The notes beneath the pieces are model-generated. The model was not told the DNA's origin and searched no databases. It saw nothing but the letters and a program-made list of their open reading frames with translations. This document shows, piece by piece, positions 33,024 through 41,002 of a DNA stretch of 64,000 nt (positions are counted from its first letter, which is position 1; each line of letters opens with the position of its first letter). This DNA is from an uncultured Spirochaetota bacterium (GTDB lineage: Bacteria > Spirochaetota > Brevinematia > Brevinematales > JAOACQ01), in the NCBI GenBank assembly GCA_963783575.1, contig CAWAOD010000011.1, forward strand, positions 224,001 to 288,000. Direction: 5' to 3'. A program made the position numbers and the translations under genes.

Positions 33024-34445
33024 TTAAACTATGGCCTTCATCAGGGCTTTTGCCTTATTAATTGTTTCCTCGTATTCCCTTTCAGGGACAGAGTCATATA
33101 CAATCCCGGCGCCCGCCTGTATATAAACCGTATTATCCCTGTGAATTATCGTTCTGATCGTAATGCAGGTATCGGTATTGCCCTGAAAGTCAATGTAACC
33201 GACCAATCCGGCGTAAATACCCCTTTTTTCAGGTTCCAGCTCCTCGATGATCTCCATCGACCTGACTTTAGGCGCGCCGGTAACTGTTCCGGCCGGCAGG
33301 GCAGCCCCGATAATATCAACGGCATCAATATCCTTTTTCGGCTTGCCTATCACATCCGAAACAAGATGCATAACATGCGAATATCTCTCTATGTGAAAAG
33401 GCCTCTCAACCCTGACGGTTGAATATTCCGATATCCTGCCGATATCGTTTCTTGCTAGATCAAGAAGCATTGTATGTTCCGCCAGTTCTTTTTTATCCGA
33501 CAGCAGTTCTTTTTCAAGCATATTGTCTTCCTGAAAATTCCTGCCGCGTTTTCTTGTTCCGGCAATAGGGCGCAATATCACTTCATCTTTTCCATCACTA
33601 AAAACCCTTTTAACCATAACTTCAGGAGATGTTCCAATAAGCTGAAAATCCTTGTAATCAATATAAAACATATATGGTGAAGGATTTATCATCCTGAGCT
33701 TTCTATAAATATCGAAAGGCCTGGAATCGACCCTGGCTGAGAATTTCTGGGAAACAAGAACCTGGAAAATATCACCGGCAACAATATATTCCTTTGCTTT
33801 CTCAACAGCTTTTATAAACGCGTCTTTATTAAAGTTAGACTGTAATCTTACAGTTTGCCCCTCGGATTCTTCAATTCTTGAAGGGGCTTTCGCATGAAAA
33901 AGTTTATCCTCATATTTTTTTATTAACCGTAGTGCCTCTTCATTATTGTCCTTTTCAAATGAATGGCTGATAAGAATAAGCTTCTGTCGAATATGATCGA
34001 AAGCTATAAGTATTTTTGGTAGAACCAGGTATATGTCCGGCATATTAAGCTTATCCGGCTTCACATCCGGCAGATTCTCAAAGTAGCGCACGGAATCATA
34101 GCTGAAATATCCCACAAGACCGGCTGTAAATGGAGGTAACCCCTCGACTTTATGTTCCTTAAATGAACCGACTATCCTCTTTATCTCATTAACCGGGTTA
34201 TCACAAACATATTCATCAGATTTATCCTGAAAATTCAGTGTTACTTTATTCTTTTTTGATATAAATTCAAGTTCCGGTTCAAATCCGAGAAACGAATATC
34301 TTCCGATTTTTTCACCCATTTCAACGCTTTCAAGAAGAAATCCTTTTTCATTACCCTCTTTAAGCGCAATAAAAGCTGATACCGGTGTCTCTATATCAGC
34401 AGAAATCTCATGATAAACCGGGTACAGGGTATAATTTTTATTCAT
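33024..34445 (-). CDS. trpE: Anthranilate synthase component I
   Basis: FLLESVE...GRYS, GDIFQV, NPSPYM, RPIAGT, EHTMLLDLARND and PAGTVTGAPK; GGAGG RBS before 34445. Confidence 0.95.
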   Translation of the reverse strand: MNKNYTLYPVYHEISADIETPVSAFIALKEGNEKGFLLESVEMGEKIGRYSFLGFEPELEFISKKNKVTLNFQDKSDEYVCDNPVNEIKRIVGSFKEHKVEGLPPFTAGLVGYFSYDSVRYFENLPDVKPDKLNMPDIYLVLPKILIAFDHIRQKLILISHSFEKDNNEEALRLIKKYEDKLFHAKAPSRIEESEGQTVRLQSNFNKDAFIKAVEKAKEYIVAGDIFQVLVSQKFSARVDSRPFDIYRKLRMINPSPYMFYIDYKDFQLIGTSPEVMVKRVFSDGKDEVILRPIAGTRKRGRNFQEDNMLEKELLSDKKELAEHTMLLDLARNDIGRISEYSTVRVERPFHIERYSHVMHLVSDVIGKPKKDIDAVDIIGAALPAGTVTGAPKVRSMEIIEELEPEKRGIYAGLVGYIDFQGNTDTCITIRTIIHRDNTVYIQAGAGIVYDSVPEREYEETINKAKALMKAIV

Positions 34446-34917
34446 TGACAATCCTCCTCTTTTTTTCCATATAAACAAGGTTTACTTTATCATTCATTTT
34501 TTCTGAATATTTGACTGTATAACCTAATTTTTGATACAGGCTTATGTTTTTTGTACTTTTTTCGCCAGTAAACAATTCGTATTTATTACATTCACTAAAG
34601 ATATTTTCTATTTTCTTCATTAGACGTTTTCCCAAACCCCTGTTTTGAAAATCCGGATGAACCATCAGCCTTCCGATATAACAAATATTTCCCTCATTGA
34701 TTTTTGCTCGTACGGAACCTATAATTTTATCATTATGAACAGCCTTTAAAATTGTATAATCATGAAAATCTTTTAATATATCGTCAATTGATTCAGCCAT
34801 CGGTGGAATCCTAATATCACCCGTAATCTCGGCCTCGCTTTTATAAGCCTCTTTCTGCAGTATTAATAATATTTCAGCTTCATTTATAAAGGCTTCTTCA
34901 ATTTTAATATCTTCCAT
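34438..34917 (-). CDS. GNAT family N-acetyltransferase
   Basis: IGRLMVHPDFQNRGLGKRLM and NISLYQKLGY; its stop overlaps the trpE start. Confidence 0.9.
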   Translation of the reverse strand: MEDIKIEEAFINEAEILLILQKEAYKSEAEITGDIRIPPMAESIDDILKDFHDYTILKAVHNDKIIGSVRAKINEGNICYIGRLMVHPDFQNRGLGKRLMKKIENIFSECNKYELFTGEKSTKNISLYQKLGYTVKYSEKMNDKVNLVYMEKKRRIVNE

Positions 34918-34952
34918 AAAATCCCCGTATTTTTTATAAAAAAGGCATATAA

Positions 34953-34993
34953 AACAAAAAGCCCGCAGGTGATTCACCTGCGGGCTTTTTGTT
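34953..34993 (-). terminator. Attenuator terminator of the trp operon leader
   Basis: Perfect IR AACAAAAAGCCCGCAGGTGA/TCACCTGCGGGCTTTTTGTT with a U-tract, between the leader ORF and the first gene. Confidence 0.9.
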
Positions 34994-35012
34994 ATTAAAT
35001 AACAAAATTATT

Positions 35013-35108
35013 CTAAACCCTGTTACAAGGCTTTACACCAAACATAGACAAACTTCTAAACCACCACCAGAAGTAAAAATAAAACTTACTTACACAAACG
35101 CTTTTCAT
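35013..35108 (-). CDS. trpL: trp operon leader peptide MKSVCVSKFYFYFWWWFRSLSMFGVKPCNRV
   Basis: 31-aa ORF with AGGA RBS and TGG TGG TGG, followed by the terminator. Confidence 0.88.
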   Translation of the reverse strand: MKSVCVSKFYFYFWWWFRSLSMFGVKPCNRV

Positions 35109-35136
35109 GATAAATTTCCTAAAACAAAGTTGTGTT

Positions 35137-35165
35137 ATAATAAATTATTTTAATAAAAATGTCAA
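35137..35165 (-). promoter_or_regulatory. Sigma70 promoter of the trp leader
   Basis: TTGACA-17 nt-TATTAT on the minus strand. Confidence 0.65.
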
Positions 35166-35277
35166 ATTAAATTTTATGATGATTTTATTCTAAATGAAAG
35201 TAAACGAATGCGAAAAAATTGACAAACCGAATAAAAGTATTAAAATATATAGCTACATTTTAATAGATGAGGTTTGT

Positions 35278-37008
35278 ATGAGTGTTGAAGTAATGGGCGA
35301 TATTTTTCTTGAGGCAATGAAGCTTGACGACGCCAAAAAGCCGGAACAGGAATCTCATGGGCTTGTAAAAAAAGGAAAAGTTGTCGCTGTAAATGAATCC
35401 GATATTTTTCTTGACCTGGGAAGCAAATCCGAATGCGTAGTCCCATTATCGGAATTTTCCCAGCCCCCTTCTTACGGAGAAACAGTCAATGTAGTAATGA
35501 AAGATATGAAGGATGGCGTAAATATCGCATCAAAACTTGAAGCCGATAAATATTTAAAAATGGATGAAATTAAAAAAGCGTTTGAAAACGGCCTTCCAAT
35601 CAATGGTATTATTGAAGAAGCAGTTTATAAAGACGGACAGCCAAAGGGTTTTGTCGTCAGCCTCGGCTTTGACATCAAGGCTTTTCTGCCATTATCGCAA
35701 ATTGACACAAAAAAAGAAGAAAAATTAGAAAATATGAAAGGAATATCCACTGATTTTGCAGTTATTGAATATAAAAGGAATAATATTACTATTTCCAGAA
35801 GGGAATTTTTACAAAAAACCATAAAAAAGCTTTATAATAATTTTTTTGAAAAACATAATATTGGCGATATAGTACAGGGAATCGTCGAAAGGGTTGAGGA
35901 AGATTTTATCGTCCTTTCAGTTGAAGGCATCCGCGCGTTTATGCATGTATCCGATTTTTCCTGGAAGTTTCTTTCAGATATGAAAAAAGTTGTTAAGATC
36001 GGCGATGAAATGGAAGTTATTATAATAAAAATGGAACGCAGTAAAAATTCGGTAAAAATCGGTAAAAAGCAATTATCTCCGGATCCATGGACATCTATAG
36101 ACAGTAAATACACTATCGGAGCTGTAATACAGGGCAAGGTCGTGAATTACAGGAAGGATGGGGCTATTGTAGAAGTTGAAGACGGAATCGAGGCGTTTCT
36201 CCCGGTTGATGAAATGTCCTGGACGGAAAAAATAAGAGATCCGAAAAAATATCTTAAACCCGGTTCTATTGTAGAAGTTAAAATCAGGAATATAGAAGCC
36301 GATAGAAGAAGGATGGATGTTTCTCTCAGGGATATTCAGGATAACCCATGGGATAACGCCGATAAAAATTACAGCTACGGCAAGAAAGTTGAGGGTGTTG
36401 TTACATCGATTGTAGATTTCGGCGTTTTCATCAAATTCGAAGATAAAATCGAAGGTTTAATGCGTAAGGAAGATGTCGATTGGCTTGACCCCAAAGTTGA
36501 TTTGAAAAAGAAATTCAAAAAAGGCCAGGCTGTTCAGGCAATGGTTCTGGCTCTTGATAAAGAAAGGGAAAAATTAAGGCTGGGTTATAAACAGTTATCG
36601 GACAATCCTTTTAAAGCCTTTTCAATGAATTACCCTGCAGGATCACCGATATCGGCTGTTGTAAAGGAAATCCTGGAAAATGGTATTATTGTATCGCTGG
36701 AAAACAATCTCGAAGGTTTCATACACATTTCTCAAATATCCAAGGAAAAGGTTGATAAGATAGATGATGTTATTAAAATCGGCGATGAAGTCAAGGGATT
36801 GGTTAAGTTTGTCGATCAGAATAAGAATAAAATAGAAATCAGCATTAAAGATTATTTATTTAATGAAGAAAAATTTGAAGTATCAAAGTATATGGCGGGC
36901 AATAAACAGGATGGCAATACTGTAACAATAGGCTCGCTGCTGAAAGACCAGCTTGCTAATATCAATTTGGAGAGCAATAATGCAGCAAAAAGTTCAAAAG
37001 CAAAATAG
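35278..37008 (+). CDS. rpsA: 30S ribosomal protein S1
   Basis: Tandem S1 domains (DFGVFIKF, EGFIHISQIS, KQLSPDPW). GAGGT RBS before ATG 35278, with TTGACA-16-TAAAAT upstream. Confidence 0.9.
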   Translation: MSVEVMGDIFLEAMKLDDAKKPEQESHGLVKKGKVVAVNESDIFLDLGSKSECVVPLSEFSQPPSYGETVNVVMKDMKDGVNIASKLEADKYLKMDEIKKAFENGLPINGIIEEAVYKDGQPKGFVVSLGFDIKAFLPLSQIDTKKEEKLENMKGISTDFAVIEYKRNNITISRREFLQKTIKKLYNNFFEKHNIGDIVQGIVERVEEDFIVLSVEGIRAFMHVSDFSWKFLSDMKKVVKIGDEMEVIIIKMERSKNSVKIGKKQLSPDPWTSIDSKYTIGAVIQGKVVNYRKDGAIVEVEDGIEAFLPVDEMSWTEKIRDPKKYLKPGSIVEVKIRNIEADRRRMDVSLRDIQDNPWDNADKNYSYGKKVEGVVTSIVDFGVFIKFEDKIEGLMRKEDVDWLDPKVDLKKKFKKGQAVQAMVLALDKEREKLRLGYKQLSDNPFKAFSMNYPAGSPISAVVKEILENGIIVSLENNLEGFIHISQISKEKVDKIDDVIKIGDEVKGLVKFVDQNKNKIEISIKDYLFNEEKFEVSKYMAGNKQDGNTVTIGSLLKDQLANINLESNNAAKSSKAK

Positions 37009-37735
37009 TTTTCTTGATCAGGCGATTGATTTTGGTATAAAGTATAAATGGATACTCAGTATCACTTCCGGAGCCGTTCTGGCTTTGATAGCTATTTTTA
37101 TGTTCGTAAATTACATTACGGCATCCAACATAGAAAAAGCCAGCCGTATGTATGACACTTCCCTGAATTACATTAATAATATTAATTACATAACAAATGA
37201 AGCCGACAGAACAAAGATTTACCAGGAGCAGATTAACAACCTGAATACTCTTGTACAGATTTATCCTAAAACAGTTGCGGCAATCCGGGCGCGTTTATTC
37301 CTTGGTAAATTTTTCTATGAAGATTCTTTCAGGTCCGGTAAGGTTGACTCAATGAATACTGCCGTTAATTATTATTCTACTGCATTAGACAATACTAAAA
37401 CCGGCTTTTATAAATCTCTTGCTTTGATAGGCCTGGGCCAATGCTATGAACAGAAGAATGACTTCAACAAGTCATTTGATTTTTATAACCAGATAGTAGT
37501 TAAATATCCATCCGAAGGGTTCTCGCCGCTCGCATTGATTGGAATGGCTCGCTCTAAAGAAATGCTGGGTGATGTAAATACAGCGCTTGACATTTACAAC
37601 AGGCTTATTAAGGAATATCCTTCATCATTATGGACTAAATTTGCAAAAGGCAGGATCTACTTCTTTTCAGAAAAACCTAAAGGCAATCCCGCATCAACAT
37701 CAACAAATACAGGTGTTCCGCTATTAATTCAATAA
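36980..37735 (+). CDS. Membrane-anchored tetratricopeptide repeat protein (YfgM-like)
   Basis: One TM segment followed by TPR-like helices. Confidence 0.8.
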   Translation: MQQKVQKQNSFLDQAIDFGIKYKWILSITSGAVLALIAIFMFVNYITASNIEKASRMYDTSLNYINNINYITNEADRTKIYQEQINNLNTLVQIYPKTVAAIRARLFLGKFFYEDSFRSGKVDSMNTAVNYYSTALDNTKTGFYKSLALIGLGQCYEQKNDFNKSFDFYNQIVVKYPSEGFSPLALIGMARSKEMLGDVNTALDIYNRLIKEYPSSLWTKFAKGRIYFFSEKPKGNPASTSTNTGVPLLIQ

Positions 37736-37864
37736 TTGAATTGATATTTGTTGCCAAAATATTATTTGCTTATTCAAAATCTAACAAATATAATAGTATT
37801 AATTCCATTAACAAATTTAATCATTTCTGTAGTTTCAGGTTATTTCGCATAATTTCACATTAGA

Positions 37865-37903
37865 GATAGCCGAACGATAGTTCGGCAGCAACACGATGTT
37901 GCA
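37865..37903 (+). repeat. Repeat C, copy 3
   Basis: GATAGCCGAACGATAGTTCGGCAGCAACACGATGTTGCA. Confidence 0.85.
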
Positions 37904-37906
37904 AAG

Positions 37907-38200
37907 ATTCACGGGAAAGCAAAGCGGAGAAAGAAAGTCACTTTTGCGAGCTAACAGGAGGATGCGAGTTACGGAGGGACGCAAAAGTCACATTCTTCCG
38001 GAGCGTTCTTCCCGTCAATAACCCGCCCTCTCGGGCGGCACATTCCTGACGGGCTCAGGAAAGAAAGGAAGAGCTTTCTTCCCTTTTGCCAAAAGGGAAC
38101 AGGCATCTCATTGCCTTTAATTGTCAATCACAATTTTCTCAACAATCAACTTCAAAGTCTTAAAAATCCTCTTTTTCGCAATTGAAATATTCATTAAAAA
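37907..38200 (-). repeat. Structured repeat A, copy 2 (intact; overlaps the 3' end of the phosphorylase gene)
   Basis: Multiple hairpins (CCGCCC-TCTC-GGGCGG, CCCTTTT-GCC-AAAAGGG, CTTTTGCG/CGCAAAAG); inverted homolog of copy 1. Confidence 0.85.
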
Positions 38201-38848
38201 TTTAATGATCCTTATAATGTCAACCGGCTTTTTGACCAGGTGAAAAACCAGTTTTGCTTTATCAATCCTGTTCCATGAATCCTGAATAAATTCCAGGTCC
38301 GGGAAATCAAAATCAAGCATATCGCTGATTGCCCTGATAATAAGATATAGCAGGCTGTATTTATTACAGCAAACCGCCGTTTCCCTGCTTTCCATATCGA
38401 CAAAATCGATGCCTGGATTGTCAATTCTTAATTGATACTTCTCTTTTTTACCTAGAATGCCGTTTGATGTATAACAATTGCCTTTTAAATAATCAATCCG
38501 AAGGTTGTCTAAGACCGATGACTGATCCGGACAGACGATTTCAGAATTTCCGGGGCCGGATATACTGGATGCGATTGCGATATCCCCAACCCGGAGATGT
38601 GGTTTTACCGCTCCGGCGTATCCTGTTGATATCACCAGACCGGCATCCTTTATTTCAGGCATAGCTTGTTCGAAAAAGCGGCGGATATTTTTCGGGCCGA
38701 TGCCGGTTATCCCGAAATATACCGTATTCTTTCCGGTGTTTTTTGAATATAAAGCTGATCTCTTATTTTGAAAAATGATTAAAGGTTTGCAAAAATTAAT
38801 TAAATCCCCGATCTCGCTTTTCAATGCCGACTGGATAAGAATATTCAT
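38117..38848 (-). CDS. Nucleoside phosphorylase / MTA-SAH nucleosidase family protein (HpnG-like)
   Basis: TGIG, STGYAGAV...VGD, VDMES and IRAISD. Confidence 0.8.
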   Translation of the reverse strand: MNILIQSALKSEIGDLINFCKPLIIFQNKRSALYSKNTGKNTVYFGITGIGPKNIRRFFEQAMPEIKDAGLVISTGYAGAVKPHLRVGDIAIASSISGPGNSEIVCPDQSSVLDNLRIDYLKGNCYTSNGILGKKEKYQLRIDNPGIDFVDMESRETAVCCNKYSLLYLIIRAISDMLDFDFPDLEFIQDSWNRIDKAKLVFHLVKKPVDIIRIIKFLMNISIAKKRIFKTLKLIVEKIVIDN

Positions 38849-38856
38849 TTTACCTC

Positions 38857-40137
38857 TCAAATTAAATTATTTATATAACTTGGCGTGTACCGGATATTAT
38901 TTTCTTTGAGGAGTCCGGTAAGCCGGTTTATTTTTATATAGCCTTCCTCTTCGGAATAATCAACCGGAATAATGGTGTTTGTTCCGGGATATTTCCTGTA
39001 AAGGCTTATCTGCGCTATTTTGTTGATAATATGACCGGTACTTTTAATGAAATCCATTGTTTCCAGGAATTCCTTTTCTGTTTCCCCGGGATAATTAGCT
39101 ATAAGGCTCACTTCAAACCTCAGTCCGGCTCGTTTTAATTTTTCAAAGAATTTCATTGCATTAGCAGAATCAAATGGTTTATTCATTAGTCTCAGGATTT
39201 TATCCGATCCGCTTTCAAGGCCGATGAAAAGATTTACACAGCCGGACCTCTTCATTTTCTCAAAAATTTCAGGGGACATATCATCCCTTACGGCTGCCTG
39301 TGCTTCCCAGCTTATATTCACACCGCTTTGTATAATTAAGTCAAGCAGAATGTCAAACAGCTTCAAATTTCCGTTAAAAATGGAATCATAAAAAATAAAA
39401 GAGTTAATCCGGTTATTGATAAAATGATGCCGGATTTCTTCAATTATATTCAGTGGGTTTCGAAAGCGGTACGACGGATAAAGGAGCCTTTCGGAACAGA
39501 AACTGCATTTATTATAACAGCCGCGGCTGGCTATGATGGGGATCCGCTTTGTATCAGGATAACCTTTTATATCAAAGTTTTTATAAGACGGGTAGAAATC
39601 AATTATTTCAGGAATCATGAATTTGATAATCCTGTCTTTGGACTTGCCTTCAATAATTTTTTGCAGGGCCTTTTCGCCTTCGCCTGTAACAAAAAAATCC
39701 ACATGATTCATTCCTGCAAAGCCTTCAATTTCCATTGAAAAAACTTCAGGCCCTCCGAAAATTATCTTACTTTGTGGAATTTTTGATTTGATTAATTCTG
39801 ATAATTTTAATGAGAATTTACGGTTACTGTTTAAAACTGTGAATCCGATATATTGGATGCTTTCTTTTTTTATTATGGAAATTATTTCTTCAAAAAGCTC
39901 CGGGAATTTTTGAAAACAATGATTATAAAAACCTTCGGATGTATAATTCCGGTTTATAGTCCAGTCTTTTTGAAAAACTTTGCCCAGCTTTAGGTTCATT
40001 TTTAGGTTTAAATCAAAAAAAAGTACCCCGTGCCCTCTTTCCTGAAGATATTCGGATAGAATTGCGGGGCCTTGCGGTGGTAGCTTCTCCCAGGCGGGCG
40101 GGCAGATAATCAATAATATAGATGCTTTATTATTCAT
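38857..40137 (-). CDS. B12-binding domain radical SAM protein
   Basis: PPQG, FGGP, GEGE, SRGCYNKCSFC and GLESGS. Confidence 0.88.
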   Translation of the reverse strand: MNNKASILLIICPPAWEKLPPQGPAILSEYLQERGHGVLFFDLNLKMNLKLGKVFQKDWTINRNYTSEGFYNHCFQKFPELFEEIISIIKKESIQYIGFTVLNSNRKFSLKLSELIKSKIPQSKIIFGGPEVFSMEIEGFAGMNHVDFFVTGEGEKALQKIIEGKSKDRIIKFMIPEIIDFYPSYKNFDIKGYPDTKRIPIIASRGCYNKCSFCSERLLYPSYRFRNPLNIIEEIRHHFINNRINSFIFYDSIFNGNLKLFDILLDLIIQSGVNISWEAQAAVRDDMSPEIFEKMKRSGCVNLFIGLESGSDKILRLMNKPFDSANAMKFFEKLKRAGLRFEVSLIANYPGETEKEFLETMDFIKSTGHIINKIAQISLYRKYPGTNTIIPVDYSEEEGYIKINRLTGLLKENNIRYTPSYINNLI

Positions 40138-40401
40138 AATCAATATTATACTTTTCTGCGGTTAAAACTTCAAGCGAGAGAACTTTTCGATTGTTATACA
40201 GGCTATCTTTGATAAATCCTTTGAATATTATTAAAATAAAATATACGGGAAGCTTCCCGACTACCTGTAAAAAATAATAATTAAAAACATATTTTGACAG
40301 GTTATAAAATAACAAAATATTTCATATTTTCTGTTGCAAATCATATACTTTTCCGTAGATATTATAAAGCGAATTCTTTGAGAAGTTTCGGAGGTTTACC
40401 G

Positions 40402-40992
40402 ATGCCAAAAGACATTGACGCAGTTGATATTGAAAGGCTTGCCGAATTGAGTAAAAAAGGGAACCGTGAAGCGTTCGGAAGGCTCTATGACTGTTTATTC
40501 GTTAAAATATACAGGTTTGCTTATTACCGTAGTTATCGAAAAGATGCTGCGGAAGATATTACAAGCCTTACATTTTTAAAAGCCCTTGAAAACCTTCAAA
40601 GCTTCAGCCGGGAAAAGGGAAATTTTTCGGCCTGGCTTTATGGGATCGCTAGGAATTGCCTGGCCGATTATTATAGGCAGAAAAGTAAAACGGCCGATCT
40701 GATGAGTGTCTGGGATCTTGCGGCCTGCGATGATGTTGAGATTGACGCCGAAAACAGGTCAAACTGGGAAAATCTTCAGCCTTATCTTTCAAGGCTGTCT
40801 GCCGTTGAAAGGGATATTCTTTTTATGAGGGTCTGGGACGAATTGCCGTATCAGGAGATCGCGGTTATAATCGGGAAAAGCGAGGCTTCCTGCAGGATGG
40901 TGTTTTCAAGGACAATAGCATGTATCAGAAAGGAAATGCTGGCCGCGATGTTTATAATGTTTGTTCTCCTCAAAGATTCGCTGTTTCACTGA
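40402..40992 (+). CDS. ECF RNA polymerase sigma factor
   Basis: AEDITSLTFLKA, FSAWLYGIARN and YQEIA; GGAGG RBS. Confidence 0.9.
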   Translation: MPKDIDAVDIERLAELSKKGNREAFGRLYDCLFVKIYRFAYYRSYRKDAAEDITSLTFLKALENLQSFSREKGNFSAWLYGIARNCLADYYRQKSKTADLMSVWDLAACDDVEIDAENRSNWENLQPYLSRLSAVERDILFMRVWDELPYQEIAVIIGKSEASCRMVFSRTIACIRKEMLAAMFIMFVLLKDSLFH

Positions 40993-41002
40993 GGAGTTGA
41001 TT

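Noticed and set aside
38014..38050. HEARO/omega-RNA start (GTCAATAACCC...) within repeat A
   Set aside because: The resemblance is limited to a few bases and there is no IscB/TnpB ORF nearby. It cannot be supported without a covariance search.
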